Source: Patescibacteria group bacterium
GTDB taxonomy: Bacteria > Patescibacteriota > Patescibacteriia > Magasanikbacterales > GWA2-37-8
Assembly: GCA_041651015.1 (NCBI GenBank)
Contig: JBAZKA010000002.1
Coordinates: forward strand, 137,269 to 201,268
Direction: 5' to 3'
DNA length: 64,000 nucleotides
The notes beneath the pieces were generated by a model. It saw only the letters and a program-made list of their open reading frames with translations, did not search any database and was not told where the DNA came from. The translations under genes were made by a program, and so were the position numbers. How positions within the stretch are numbered: the first letter of the stretch is position 1; each line of letters begins with the position of its first letter. Positions 1 to 10,101 of the stretch are shown here, one piece after another.

Positions 1-464
1 ACACACAAGCCGTGGAAATTTTGGAGAAGTCCGGTGAAAAATTTGAATATCCGGTTGGCTGGGGTAAAGAACTGCAAACCGAGCATGAAAGATATCTGAC
101 TGAGGTGGTTTATAAGAAGCCGGTTTTTGTCACGGATTATCCCAAGGAGTTCAAAGCGTTTTACATGCGCCAAAATGATGATGGTAAAACCGTGGCTGCC
201 ATGGATTTGCTCGTGCCCGGTATTGGTGAAATTATCGGCGGCAGCCAGCGTGAAGAACGTTTGGCTAAATTGGAAACGCGTATGAAAGAATTAAACTTGA
301 ATCCGGATGATTACTCATGGTACTTGGATTTGCGCAAATACGGCGGTGTACCGCACGCGGGATTTGGCCTTGGCTTTGAACGCCTGATAATGTATTTAAC
401 GGGCATGGAAAATATCCGCGATGTGATTCCGTTCCCGCGGACGCCCAAGAACGCGGAATTCTAA
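1..464 (+). CDS. asnS: asparaginyl-tRNA synthetase, C-terminal fragment (5' part outside window)
   Basis: Class II aaRS motif 3 (GFGLGFERL) and AsnRS-type C-terminus [15 protein letters not shown]. Reading frame is open to the window edge. Confidence 0.8.
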   Translation, partial: TQAVEILEKSGEKFEYPVGWGKELQTEHERYLTEVVYKKPVFVTDYPKEFKAFYMRQNDDGKTVAAMDLLVPGIGEIIGGSQREERLAKLETRMKELNLNPDDYSWYLDLRKYGGVPHAGFGLGFERLIMYLTGMENIRDVIPFPRTPKNAEF

Positions 465-477
465 ATTAAAAAAATAA

Positions 478-516
478 ACACCGTTCGGATTATTACCGAT
501 CGGTGTTTTTTGTCGT
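478..516 (+). terminator. rho-independent terminator after asnS
   Basis: Imperfect GC stem acaccgttcgg/ccgatcggtgt followed by a T-run. Confidence 0.55.
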
Positions 517-835
517 ACTCTGTGGTCTGTGGTCACTTTGCTCGGACACGCGAATTTAGATATGAGATTACGACCAGTATGCCGAGCTCAATGATTAGAA
601 GTCCGGCCGGAATCATGGAAAAATACATTACTGTGTTTGTCTTTTGGTTGTCTTGCGTCGCAGTAGATACCAAAAAAGCGGTGACGACGACGAGGGCAAA
701 AATGGCCATTGTTAGATAACACAACGTGTAAATTTTGTTCGCTATAGATACAAACCTTGTTGTCATTGGGCGCATCCTTTCGTTTGAGCGAGCAATAGCT
801 GTAAAAAGAACGCTTACGGCATTGATATAATGTCA

Positions 836-1816
836 CTATTTTAGGTTCGGGTCAAGTGTTATAATTACCACCTCCGGTATGGCAAATAATCTAAGCGGCG
901 CGCCGGATTCACCCGCGCCCACTGAGATATAAATCGGCGAGCCGTTGTAATAATTCATACCACGATAGTATGAATTTTCCAGAATTGTCTGCGCACCGGC
1001 GAGAGGCCCCCAAAGCGGTATCCAAATTTGTCCGCCGTGGGTGTGTCCGGCGAGGGTGAGCGTAGGATACGCAAAATTCGCCGGGTAAGATAATATCCCG
1101 TCCGGGTTGTGAGTAATAAAGATTAGCGGTTTGTCTTCGTCCCAATTATTTAATTCCGAAAAATCCGGTTGTTTATTTTTCCAAATATCATCAATGCCGA
1201 ATAAGCAAATTTTTTGATTGTTTATTTCCGGACAGACGATATTATTTTTAAGTAAAGCAATACCCATTTCACGCATGCGATCGGCTAAAATTAGAGAACG
1301 ATCGCCGGTATGCTTCTCCGGTTTGTCAATAATGTGTCCGCCGATGCCGTATTCATGGTTGCCAAGAACGTAATATACAGGATAACGGCTGACCAAATTT
1401 GCCAGTGGTTCCAAATATTCGCTTTCGTCTTCAAAAGTTCCTTCGTTATCAATCAAATCTCCGCCAAGAATTACGATGTCCGGATCATTGGCAATAATTT
1501 TTTTTACGATTTTTTTCACCCAATCGGATTTTTTCCATTGGCCGACTTGGATGTCCGAGACAAAAGCGATCTTAATCTGGTGCTGTAATTTATTATCGTT
1601 TAATTCTACTTTCGTCGTTTTCAAAATAAATGGTTCCACGAGCGTAGAGTAAAAAGCAAGAAAAATTCCCAGAACAAGAATTGACAGACATAAAACCGAT
1701 AGTCGTCTGTGGCGCGCAAAAAATAATTCCGGTTTACGCCGGTCGCGGATAATAAAAAATATCATGATCGCCGCCACCGCGACATAACCGTATGTGATAA
1801 TGAGGAGAAAATTCAT
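836..1816 (-). CDS. membrane-anchored metallophosphoesterase (calcineurin-like)
   Basis: N-terminal TM helix. Phosphoesterase motifs GDLIDNEG, GNHEY and GHTHGGQ. Low GC like the host. Confidence 0.75.
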   Translation of the reverse strand: MNFLLIITYGYVAVAAIMIFFIIRDRRKPELFFARHRRLSVLCLSILVLGIFLAFYSTLVEPFILKTTKVELNDNKLQHQIKIAFVSDIQVGQWKKSDWVKKIVKKIIANDPDIVILGGDLIDNEGTFEDESEYLEPLANLVSRYPVYYVLGNHEYGIGGHIIDKPEKHTGDRSLILADRMREMGIALLKNNIVCPEINNQKICLFGIDDIWKNKQPDFSELNNWDEDKPLIFITHNPDGILSYPANFAYPTLTLAGHTHGGQIWIPLWGPLAGAQTILENSYYRGMNYYNGSPIYISVGAGESGAPLRLFAIPEVVIITLDPNLK

Positions 1817-2058
1817 AGTGCCCTTGAGTTCGTATTTTCCGAAATTGATGAGTTATACAAAATGGCTAAAACAACGATACCTGAATTGGGCGAAGCTGTC
1901 AATTCAATAGAAATGTGAGTTATTATTCCGAACTGGCCCCCACTGCATTGCCCTGATTACGTATTCATTAAAATCGCCAGGTTTTACAGTTCTGTTGTTT
2001 CAGCATAATAACTTCATCGACCTAGGAATCTATTGATTTTCAGTTCGTCAATGCCACA

Positions 2059-2883
2059 CTATTCCCACAAAGATATGCCCAGCATCTTGCTTACCATCGA
2101 ATCGTATGAAAAAAGTATATGGTTGGACATCATCGTGTTTTCTTGGATCCTATCGATTGTCCATGCAATTGCTTGTAAGTCAGGTTGTCTGATAGAAAAA
2201 GAAAAACTGCCAACCGTGAGATCTTCAACAGCGCCGGATTCTGAATTTTGAAAGATCATGCCATCAATGACCCGATAAATAAAACATTTTCCAGCAATAT
2301 GGATAAAATCAGGGCGTCTGTTAATGGGAATACTATGGTTAATTAAGTAGTATTCGTTGACGTGGTTAAATATTGTATCAGGGGCAATCGAGTCCGTTGC
2401 GTAGATTATTTTGACTGGCCAATTGTCATACTTCCCATATTTGAGCTGACTACTAATCCTTCCTTTAAGGTCTTTCACCGGTGGAATTGAAGCAATGCCA
2501 TCAAGTGCATCAAATAATTCTTTTTTATCTAATGTTGACTTAATGGAGACAACCCCAAGCGTCCCTTCTATCGGTGAAAATGATTTTCCTGATCCATCTT
2601 GATTGTGGAGGTTAAAACGCGGTGTGGTGTCAGTTGTGATGATAATATCGAGTTGCTTGGACTCCACGCCTTCTTCATCAAAAATGAAACCGCCGAAGAA
2701 AATATTGCATTTCGATGGGATGTGCTGTTTGAGAAATTCGGCATAGATTTTCTCTCTTGAGGTGCCTATGTCTGTGCAATTTCTAAAAACGGAAGCAGCC
2801 TTGGCTTCTCCACGAAGAACTTCGGCGACTTTCAGGTAGTATTCTCGCAATCTAAGGAAGATATTGTCATTTGTTTTATTCAT
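2059..2883 (-). CDS. hypothetical protein, possible nucleotidyltransferase-fold (weak)
   Basis: 274 aa. FFGGFIFDEEGVESKQLDIIITTD resembles a Gly-rich loop plus acidic strand of Pol-beta-like NTases, but the second acidic residue is not clear. Low GC. Last gene before the GC jump. Confidence 0.35.
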   Translation of the reverse strand: MNKTNDNIFLRLREYYLKVAEVLRGEAKAASVFRNCTDIGTSREKIYAEFLKQHIPSKCNIFFGGFIFDEEGVESKQLDIIITTDTTPRFNLHNQDGSGKSFSPIEGTLGVVSIKSTLDKKELFDALDGIASIPPVKDLKGRISSQLKYGKYDNWPVKIIYATDSIAPDTIFNHVNEYYLINHSIPINRRPDFIHIAGKCFIYRVIDGMIFQNSESGAVEDLTVGSFSFSIRQPDLQAIAWTIDRIQENTMMSNHILFSYDSMVSKMLGISLWE

Positions 2884-3144
2884 TATTTATCCTCCATGGC
2901 TAGAAAACTTTTCAATCTCTCCCTCCTTCGAACCCACTTATCCACAACATGAACACGGATCCGCCGTTTTAGCCCCCTCTCGGTTGTATTAAATATCAGC
3001 TACACTATTCAGCAAGCGATCACCGGGAGAGGACTACAAACAGAAATTTAGTTTTCGTTCTCACCTCAGATCGCGATTATTCAAATGGCTCTAGACAGGC
3101 CTATCCAATCGCAGAAGGGAGGTGAGATGCACAAACGATAACAG

Positions 3145-3564
3145 GTGATTCGCACACCTGTCAAGTGCAGTAGATTTATGAACGACAATTCATACGATGA
3201 AGAAGACGGCTTCAGCTTCAACGCCAACAGCGAGGGAGAGGAGGCGCCGCGTCGCCGGTCTCCGCTCGCGCTCCACATCCGCCGCTTGCGGCAGTGGTAC
3301 GGCGAGACCGGGATAGAACAGCAAGACCTCGCCCAGATCGCGGGCGTGTCCGATCGCCAGCTCCGCGTCTACGAACGCGGCCGCGCTCTGCCCCAGTCCA
3401 TCGAGTTCCTGCTTTCCATTGCCCTCGCGCTCGGCGTGCCCATGGAGTGGCTCATCAACCCCAACCGGCTCGAGAAGATCCGCCAACAGATCGACGAACG
3501 CCGCGAAGCCTTCGAAAGAAGCCGCCTCGGCATTGAGGGCTCCAGCGGATCATGTGAGGAGTAG
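3145..3564 (+). CDS. XRE-family helix-turn-helix transcriptional regulator
   Basis: HTH_XRE-like segment QQDLAQIAGVSDRQLRVYERGRALPQSIEFLLSIALALGV. First high-GC gene. GTG start at 3145 or ATG at 3178. Confidence 0.6.
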   Translation: MIRTPVKCSRFMNDNSYDEEDGFSFNANSEGEEAPRRRSPLALHIRRLRQWYGETGIEQQDLAQIAGVSDRQLRVYERGRALPQSIEFLLSIALALGVPMEWLINPNRLEKIRQQIDERREAFERSRLGIEGSSGSCEE

Positions 3565-4063
3565 CATTCCTTTCACGATCGCCGCGGTCGTCCGACACGC
3601 CGGCCTTGCCATCACCGTTCTTCGCGGACACGAGGTCATCGAGATCAACAAAACGAGGATCACGTCCTCGGAGAAGCTCGGCCGCGTTGTGGCGAAGTAC
3701 ATAAACGAAGCCGCCGACGATTACGAAGCAGAGAAGATCATTGTGGAGAGAAACAGCTCCGTTCACCGCATCCTGCGGAAACGTTGCTGCTCTGGAGAGA
3801 GACTCTTCACCGTCGATCCTCGTGACATCAAGCGGCTCGCGCTGCGCGACGAGCCGTGCGCTACAAACAGGGCGCTCCTCGCGAGGCTCATCAGGCGCTA
3901 CCCCAAGCTCGCACGGTTCGTCGCGGTTCACCGCGACACGGGCGAGCTCGGATGGAACGACCCGCGGCGCACCGCCGCGCTCCTCGCCGTCGCGCTCGGC
4001 TTCGCCGCGCAGAACGTCACGCAGAACGTCGCCGATCACGGCGACTCAAACATTCATTCATGA
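3554..4063 (+). CDS. hypothetical protein (start uncertain, non-ATG)
   Basis: Long ORF in a coherent frame after the XRE gene with no internal Met. A GTG at 3554 is the most plausible start. No recognisable domain. Confidence 0.3.
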   Translation: MRSSIPFTIAAVVRHAGLAITVLRGHEVIEINKTRITSSEKLGRVVAKYINEAADDYEAEKIIVERNSSVHRILRKRCCSGERLFTVDPRDIKRLALRDEPCATNRALLARLIRRYPKLARFVAVHRDTGELGWNDPRRTAALLAVALGFAAQNVTQNVADHGDSNIHS

Positions 4064-4075
4064 TCACTAAAACCC

Positions 4076-4333
4076 ATGTTCAACAAATTCAAACGTCCGG
4101 GAGCGGAGCACCGCTCCCGTGAAACAAATGTGGACAAATTACTCCGTATTTTAGGCGACGAGCGCTGGCACTCCACGTCCGAGCTTGTGGCACGCGTATC
4201 CCATTCGTTCTCGCACTCGAAATTTAGGCTCGTGAAATACGGCTACCCCGTGGAGAAACGAAAACACCCGCACAAATCTCGGCAGTACCAATACCGGCTT
4301 CGCCCCATTCCGGGCGAGCCGGAGTTCGAATGA
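4076..4333 (+). CDS. hypothetical small basic protein
   Basis: 85-aa ORF with ATG start, basic composition, possibly DNA-binding. Confidence 0.35.
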   Translation: MFNKFKRPGAEHRSRETNVDKLLRILGDERWHSTSELVARVSHSFSHSKFRLVKYGYPVEKRKHPHKSRQYQYRLRPIPGEPEFE

Positions 4334-4823
4334 TCCTTCGCCGCGGTCGCGACGCTCACGCGATCGACGACCGGCTCCTATTCGCCGTCATACTCTTCCT
4401 AAAAGACGAGGAGCCTCGAACGGCCTAACAACGAGAAAACTGGCTAACCAACGGGCTGAAAACGCCACGCGTGCCGTGGGCTTCGCCCCCGACGTATTTC
4501 TGTCATCTAAGTGTGGTCCCGCCCGGGTCATCTCCCCTTCGGGTCGAGCCTCGGTCACCCCACTAAGAGACAGAAATACGTCGGGTGCCTGCGGCCCCAC
4601 GACACGCGGGCGGCGGGCTACCCCGAGGCCGACCGCGACACCGACCCCGCAGAGGCGGGGCGGGTCGCGTCGCCGGCCATCGGGTCCCAACGCCGAACGG
4701 GTGAACGGGGTGAAGAGAGTGCCTCAACATCCTACGGAGAAATCATGGCGCGCGGCCGGGCCGCGTTGGGCGTGGCTTCGCGCGTCCCCTTTACTTTTTC
4801 TATCCACTATCCAGCACCCCTCT

Positions 4824-5741
4824 ATGTCGACATCCCCCTACCGTCGCCCGGAGCAACCCGCCTCCGGCTTCATCCTCCAACCGCGGGACAGAAAAATCCT
4901 CAAGACAGTGGTCACACACCGATTCGTCCGCAGCGACCACGTCCGCGATCTGCTCTTCCCGGACAAGTGCCTGCGCGTCGTGCAAGTGCGGCTCCGCAAG
5001 CTGTGGGAGCACCGTTACCTCGCCCGCTACTTTGTACCCAAGATCTGGAACGTCCCCGAACCGGCCATGGTGCGCCCGGGCCAGCCGGTCTACGGCTTGG
5101 ACGAGGCCGGCGTGGCTCTCTTCGCCGACAGCGAGAACGCCCACGCGATCGTCGCGAAGTACCGAGCCGGCAAGGTGAGCAGCTCTTGCTTGGAGCACAA
5201 CCTCGTAGCGACCGATTTCCTCGTCAGCACGGCGTTGGCCTGCTCGGGTCGGAAGGATCTCCAACTCGTCGAGGCCGAGAGCGAGGCGAGCTTCTGGCAC
5301 AAGATCACCGAGTGGAAGGCCAAGGGCAACCGCGGGCAGTTCATCATCCCGGACTGCGGTGTCACGCTCGCAAACGAGAAGGGCGAGCGCCTCACGTTCT
5401 ATGTCGAGGTCGTTCGCGCCGATGTGAAGGGTGGCAACGGACACCTCATCCGGAAGCTCGATCACTACGTTAAGCTTTTACGCGAGGGGTTCTTCAAGAA
5501 GGTCTACGGCCACGATCACCTCCGCGCCGTGATCATCGCCACCACGTCAGGCAACCGCGCCGACAACCTGCGCGAACTCGCCAAGTCGCTCACGAACGGC
5601 CGGCGTCTGTTCTGGTTCGGCTCATTCCAGACCAAGGGAGAGGACGGCAGCAATATCTCCACGATCACGAGGGACACGATCCTCGCGAAGAAGTGGATGA
5701 CGGCCGACGGGGAGTTACTATCCATCGCCGAAGCAGTGTGA
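4824..5741 (+). CDS. replication-relaxation family protein
   Basis: N-terminal wHTH-like LQPRDRKILKTVVTHRFVRSDHVRDLLFP...VRLRKLWEHRYLAR typical of Replic_Relax plasmid/ICE proteins. ATG at 4824 inside the longer ORF 4476..5741. Confidence 0.5.
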   Translation: MSTSPYRRPEQPASGFILQPRDRKILKTVVTHRFVRSDHVRDLLFPDKCLRVVQVRLRKLWEHRYLARYFVPKIWNVPEPAMVRPGQPVYGLDEAGVALFADSENAHAIVAKYRAGKVSSSCLEHNLVATDFLVSTALACSGRKDLQLVEAESEASFWHKITEWKAKGNRGQFIIPDCGVTLANEKGERLTFYVEVVRADVKGGNGHLIRKLDHYVKLLREGFFKKVYGHDHLRAVIIATTSGNRADNLRELAKSLTNGRRLFWFGSFQTKGEDGSNISTITRDTILAKKWMTADGELLSIAEAV

Positions 5742-5897
5742 ACGGGCATTCACCGACTCTATAACAGTCTCCCTTGTACCATGACACACCTGTGACACTA
5801 ACAATATCTACACAGAAAAAACGCTATAACCTATTTGACAGAATAAAAACCTCTGGCCACGTTTGAGATGCTTCCCAAACAACCATAGGAGGGGGAA

Positions 5898-6215
5898 ATG
5901 GATCCAAGACGAATCAGTCTAGACGTCACGGTCGGCGAATACAACGGTGTCTGCTTGCCCAGCAACGAGGGCTCCACGGGGTATCATTGGATTCTTCCGA
6001 TGATGCCTAACTGCATCAACCGCACGAATGACGAGTGGATGCCAGCGTTCCAGACCTCGCCGGGCTATACTGGCACCCCTGGTGTCCACGTGTTCGTGTT
6101 CCAGGGGATGACGCCCACGCAACAGCCGGCGGAGATGGAATTCTTGCTGGTGCCGCCGGGGCGTGACCAGAAGCCGACGCAGAGAGCCGTCTGCACGGTC
6201 ACCGTGCGCAAGTAG
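5898..6215 (+). CDS. hypothetical protein
   Basis: 105-aa ORF with no recognisable domain. Confidence 0.3.
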   Translation: MDPRRISLDVTVGEYNGVCLPSNEGSTGYHWILPMMPNCINRTNDEWMPAFQTSPGYTGTPGVHVFVFQGMTPTQQPAEMEFLLVPPGRDQKPTQRAVCTVTVRK

Positions 6216-6271
6216 CTCCCGCCCGCGCCGCATCTCAGTTTTTCCACGATAATCATTTTTTAAAAAAAATC

Positions 6272-7558
6272 ATGACCATCACCCAACATCTGTCGCAAAC
6301 GGCCGAGGGGGATCCGCTCCTCATCCTCGGCGAGACCGTGTTCCGACATCGCCATCAGCGGTTCGGACTTCTGCCCGAGGATCGGCTTCGTCATCTCTGG
6401 CTCCTCGGCAAGACCGGCTGCGGCAAGTCCACACTCCTCGCGAACCTCGCCATCCAGGATCTGGAAGCCGGCAACGGATTCGCCCTCCTCGACCCGCACG
6501 GCGATCTCGTCGATGACGTCCTGCCGTTCGTGCCGCCGAATCGCATCAACAATGTGCTCCTTTTCGCGCCGGAAGATCGCGATTACCCAGTATCGTTCAA
6601 CGTCTTCCGCCGAGGCCGATCGCTCCATCCGGACACGGCGCTCCTCGCCTCGGGGCTGCTCTCGGTGTTCAAGAAGCACTGGGCGGATTCCTGGGGACCG
6701 CGGCTTGAGCACATTCTCAGAAACGCCATCCTCGCCGTGGCGAACGACCAGAGAGCGACGCTCCTCTTCCTCTACCGCTTCCTCACAGACGAGGCGCTCC
6801 GCGACAACGTGGTCGCCACCGTATCAGATCCGGTTGTCGCGGCGTTTTGGAAGAAGGAGTTCCCGGGCTACACCAAGGCGCTCCAGGCCGAGGCGATCGC
6901 CCCGGTTTTGAACAAGCTCGGCGCCTTTGTCGCGAACCCGATCATCCGCGCCATCGTTGGGCAGGAACGCTCACGCGTGGATTTCATCTCCATCATGGAA
7001 ACGAGGGGTATCATCTTTGCCAAGCTCCCGTCCGGACGCATCGGCGAGGACGCGAGCCGTCTCCTCGGCTCTCTCCTTCTCACCGCGATCCAGCTCGCGG
7101 CCATGGAGAGATCGCACCGAGAACCGACCTTCACGATCTACGCCGACGAGTTCCAGCACTTCGTCACCGATTCCCTTGCGACCATGCTCGCCGAGGCCAG
7201 GAAGTTCGGCCTCGGGCTCGTGCTCGCGCACCAGTACCTCGGCCAGCTACCAGTCACGGTGCGAGACGCACTTCTCGGCAACGTCGGGAGCGTCGTCTGT
7301 TTCCGCCTCGGCGCGCACGACGCCGAGATCCTCGCCCCGGAGTTCAACCCGCCGTTCGTGGAACACGATCTGCAGCACCTCGGTCGCTACCACGCCGCGG
7401 TGAAGATCCTTGCGAGGGGGGAGTCTCTCCGACCGTTCACGATGAGGACGTTGGAGATGAAGACACCGACGCTTGGAGCCGAGAAGAGGGTTGCGAGGTT
7501 GGAGACACAGGTGAGGAGACGATTCTGTGATTTAATCACACTGAACGTCCCAAAATGA
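6272..7558 (+). CDS. VirD4/TraG/TrwB-like P-loop ATPase (coupling-protein-like)
   Basis: Walker A LLGKTGCGKST, DPHGD motif (like the VirD4 DPKGE motif), Walker B IYADEF. Confidence 0.55.
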   Translation: MTITQHLSQTAEGDPLLILGETVFRHRHQRFGLLPEDRLRHLWLLGKTGCGKSTLLANLAIQDLEAGNGFALLDPHGDLVDDVLPFVPPNRINNVLLFAPEDRDYPVSFNVFRRGRSLHPDTALLASGLLSVFKKHWADSWGPRLEHILRNAILAVANDQRATLLFLYRFLTDEALRDNVVATVSDPVVAAFWKKEFPGYTKALQAEAIAPVLNKLGAFVANPIIRAIVGQERSRVDFISIMETRGIIFAKLPSGRIGEDASRLLGSLLLTAIQLAAMERSHREPTFTIYADEFQHFVTDSLATMLAEARKFGLGLVLAHQYLGQLPVTVRDALLGNVGSVVCFRLGAHDAEILAPEFNPPFVEHDLQHLGRYHAAVKILARGESLRPFTMRTLEMKTPTLGAEKRVARLETQVRRRFCDLITLNVPK

Positions 7559-7641
7559 CGCGTTTCAAACGGCATTCCATGCAATGAAGACAAGATAAAA
7601 AATTTCTGTACATTCGATCAGGTCTGCATTATTTTTCGAAA

Positions 7642-8172
7642 ATGGACTGGAGACGACGAAGGCAGATCCGCCAGTTGGCTGATCGTGTGCGAGATGCCCT
7701 CAAGTTGGAAGGCCCCCCTTATGACGTCGAGCTAGCAGTAAAGCTTCTGAACGGCACTATCGTAGCTCCAACTGACTGGCTGACAGAAGCCCTTGTTCGC
7801 AAGAATGGCGAGTCCTTCATCATCGAGGCAACAAAAGCAGCGTCATCGGAACGACAGCGGTTCTCTATAGCTCATGAGTTGGGCCACTTGTTCCTTCACA
7901 TGGGATATCTGGTTGATATAGACACTTGGAACAGCATCAACGAATACCGCGATTCCCCCATGTACCGCAGGGGACATAGCGAAGAAGAATTCGAAGCCAA
8001 CGAGTTTGCCGCCGCCTTCCTCATGCCAGAATCTGACTTCCGAAAAGTGGCCGAAGAACACAAGGTCGGTTGCAGTTACCGAACAACGGACATCGCACAA
8101 AAATTCGGTGTCTCCATGCCAGCCGCCCAAAACCGCGGTAAATGGATAGGCCTTTTCGACTGGAATTCATAA
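7642..8172 (+). CDS. ImmA/IrrE-family zinc metallopeptidase
   Basis: HEXXH motif (AHELGHLFLH) followed by EANEFAAAFLMP, the downstream Glu motif of the ImmA/IrrE (DUF955) fold. Stop abuts the start of the next gene (8172/8173). Confidence 0.7.
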   Translation: MDWRRRRQIRQLADRVRDALKLEGPPYDVELAVKLLNGTIVAPTDWLTEALVRKNGESFIIEATKAASSERQRFSIAHELGHLFLHMGYLVDIDTWNSINEYRDSPMYRRGHSEEEFEANEFAAAFLMPESDFRKVAEEHKVGCSYRTTDIAQKFGVSMPAAQNRGKWIGLFDWNS

Positions 8173-9459
8173 GTGCCGAAAAATATAGAACTCATCCAGC
8201 AAGAATTGGGCTCGGCCCCTGTGGAAACCTCCGACCTGCCTCCTGCCCGCGTGTATCTCTTCATTTCGTTTGACTTAGTGAACTCTACAATTTTCAAACA
8301 GCGTGAAGAGAGTTGGCCCACGGTTCTTGGGACCTTCTACAGAAGAGCCGAGCATGGGATAAACGCTCGGGTCGCAGGCGCAACCGTTTGGAAGTACGCT
8401 GGCGATGAGGTTCTGTTCTGGGTCGCTCCATCATCGGCTGAAGAAATGTGCAAACAACTCGACGGCGCGTATCAGGTGCTGCAAGAGTTAGATCGTGAAA
8501 TGGACACTACCTCTAACCGTCGTCTTCGGGTGAAGGGCACCTGCTGGATAGCTTTAGCCGAGCCAGAAAGTCCAGAGAATTTGCGGAGCCCTGATAGACC
8601 CAAAGCACCCAATCTCATCATCTCCCAACCGCTCGAAGCGAATCCACCGACTCGTGATTTCGTCGGGCCTGATATTGATGCTGGATTCAGACTAGGTGCA
8701 TGCACGTTCAAGTCCACTTTTGCTGTGAGTGCTGAACTAGCGGCGGTTCTTTTAGATAAAGCGCCGATGCCAATCGCTAATAATCTTCATGTTGTCGGGT
8801 ACAAGAAATTGAAAGGTGTATGGAAGGATCGTTTCTACCCCATCGTTTGGTATCGCAAAGAGCTGGATAATGGCTTTGAATATGATGATAAATACGAGAA
8901 CGAAATGCTCGCCAATGGCATTGCAGAGAAGGAAAAAAAAGCAGCCAAGATCGAAGAACTGAAAGACGCTGTCCATAGCATTCGAACCGGATACGTTAAG
9001 CAGCTACTCGATGCCTTTGAACGACCAGCATTGGAAATGTCACCTACGCCGCGTCTGGAAGTACACTGTGCTGCAGCGTGTCGCCGTAGCAATGGCGACG
9101 TTTTGGTCGCCCAGCGCCAAGCAGATAAACGCATCCATCCGGAGAAGTGGGAGTTTGGTTGTGCTCAACTTCGACTCGGAGATACGTTTGAGGAAGCGCT
9201 CGCTCGAGATTACAGGGATGATTTCGGTGCTGAACTCAACTTCCCCGCCGACGCCCATGCACTGGCAACCTACAGTTTTGAACGCGATGGAAGGAAGATT
9301 CCTGGTGTCATTTTACTCGCGATTGTCACAAATCCCGAAGACTGCAAAGCACACAAGCATCAGAATATCCGCTGGATTAACCCCAGCGACCCACCACATG
9401 ATGTGGTCGAGAATGCTGTCCCCGATCTCGTGAAGGCGCTTTCTCGACTTGCGAGTTGA
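8173..9459 (+). CDS. class-III-nucleotidyl-cyclase-like domain fused to NUDIX hydrolase domain
   Basis: N-terminal F-x-D-L-x-x-S-T (FISFDLVNST), K-x-x-GD-x-x-L (WKYAGDEVLF) 44 aa later, and G-x-x-I-D-x-G-F-R-L (GPDIDAGFRL). C-terminal NUDIX-box-like GDTFEEALARDYRDDFGAE. See findings. Confidence 0.5.
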   Translation: MPKNIELIQQELGSAPVETSDLPPARVYLFISFDLVNSTIFKQREESWPTVLGTFYRRAEHGINARVAGATVWKYAGDEVLFWVAPSSAEEMCKQLDGAYQVLQELDREMDTTSNRRLRVKGTCWIALAEPESPENLRSPDRPKAPNLIISQPLEANPPTRDFVGPDIDAGFRLGACTFKSTFAVSAELAAVLLDKAPMPIANNLHVVGYKKLKGVWKDRFYPIVWYRKELDNGFEYDDKYENEMLANGIAEKEKKAAKIEELKDAVHSIRTGYVKQLLDAFERPALEMSPTPRLEVHCAAACRRSNGDVLVAQRQADKRIHPEKWEFGCAQLRLGDTFEEALARDYRDDFGAELNFPADAHALATYSFERDGRKIPGVILLAIVTNPEDCKAHKHQNIRWINPSDPPHDVVENAVPDLVKALSRLAS

Positions 9460-9833
9460 GAGAGACCTGATAGAGACGTCAGAATCTGACTGATCAAGGG
9501 GCTCTACGGCTGTAATTCACGCCTGGGAATGAGTGCGAAACGCAGGCACAGGTCGCTGCCGCGTCAAAATCTTTTTTATAGCCACTTTCTCGGTATTCCA
9601 CAGCGAACGTTTCATGCCTGTGTCCCCGCCCCCTCTAACGTGGCTGGTAACCAATTCCGACCACGGCGCACGTCAGCCTGACCGCTGGCGCGGCGCGCAT
9701 CTCGCCTTCGAGGTCAGTCGATGCGAGGTGCTTAGAGGGGACGGGAGCATTCCCGCCCACCGTTCTTTTCACAACGTTCCTTCCCTGCCTGCCGGCAGGC
9801 AGGCACAACCCCAAACCCAAGGAGACAAAGAAG

Positions 9834-10049
9834 ATGGAAACGCACAGCACCGATCCGGAACGCGAGATCATCGACGGCTTCACCGCCGTCGAGATCAGGA
9901 ACATGGCCTTGGACAGCGTGGTCCAGGCCCGCTGCGACGACTGCGGCGCGATCCACGATGTGGAGCCCGACGCCGAGTCCTACGATTGCGCGAGCTGCGA
10001 CGCCAAGGGCTCGGTGAAGAGCCCGCTCGTCAAGCTCGGCCTCATCTGA
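9834..10049 (+). CDS. hypothetical zinc-ribbon protein
   Basis: aggaga RBS. Two CxxC pairs (CDDCG ... CASCD). Confidence 0.4.
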   Translation: METHSTDPEREIIDGFTAVEIRNMALDSVVQARCDDCGAIHDVEPDAESYDCASCDAKGSVKSPLVKLGLI

Positions 10050-10101
10050 CCGACGCGGACATCACCGCACTTCTACGGAGAAGAGAAAGGAGGAAACGAA
10101 A

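Noticed and set aside
2905-2940. ctctccctccttcgaaccc near the left GC boundary as a possible duplicate of the tRNA-Arg 3' end (distal att site)
   Set aside because: Only an 8-9-nt match (tcgaaccc) in inconsistent orientation. Too weak to call.
3190-7593. Many long overlapping ORFs on alternative frames and strands in the high-GC region (e.g. 3190..3486-, 3294..3536+, 3455..4039-, 4511..5473+, 4800..5465-, 6513..6911+, 6847..7530+)
   Set aside because: They translate to Arg/Pro/Ala-rich low-complexity sequences and overlap better-supported genes. High GC suppresses stop codons, so they are treated as spurious.
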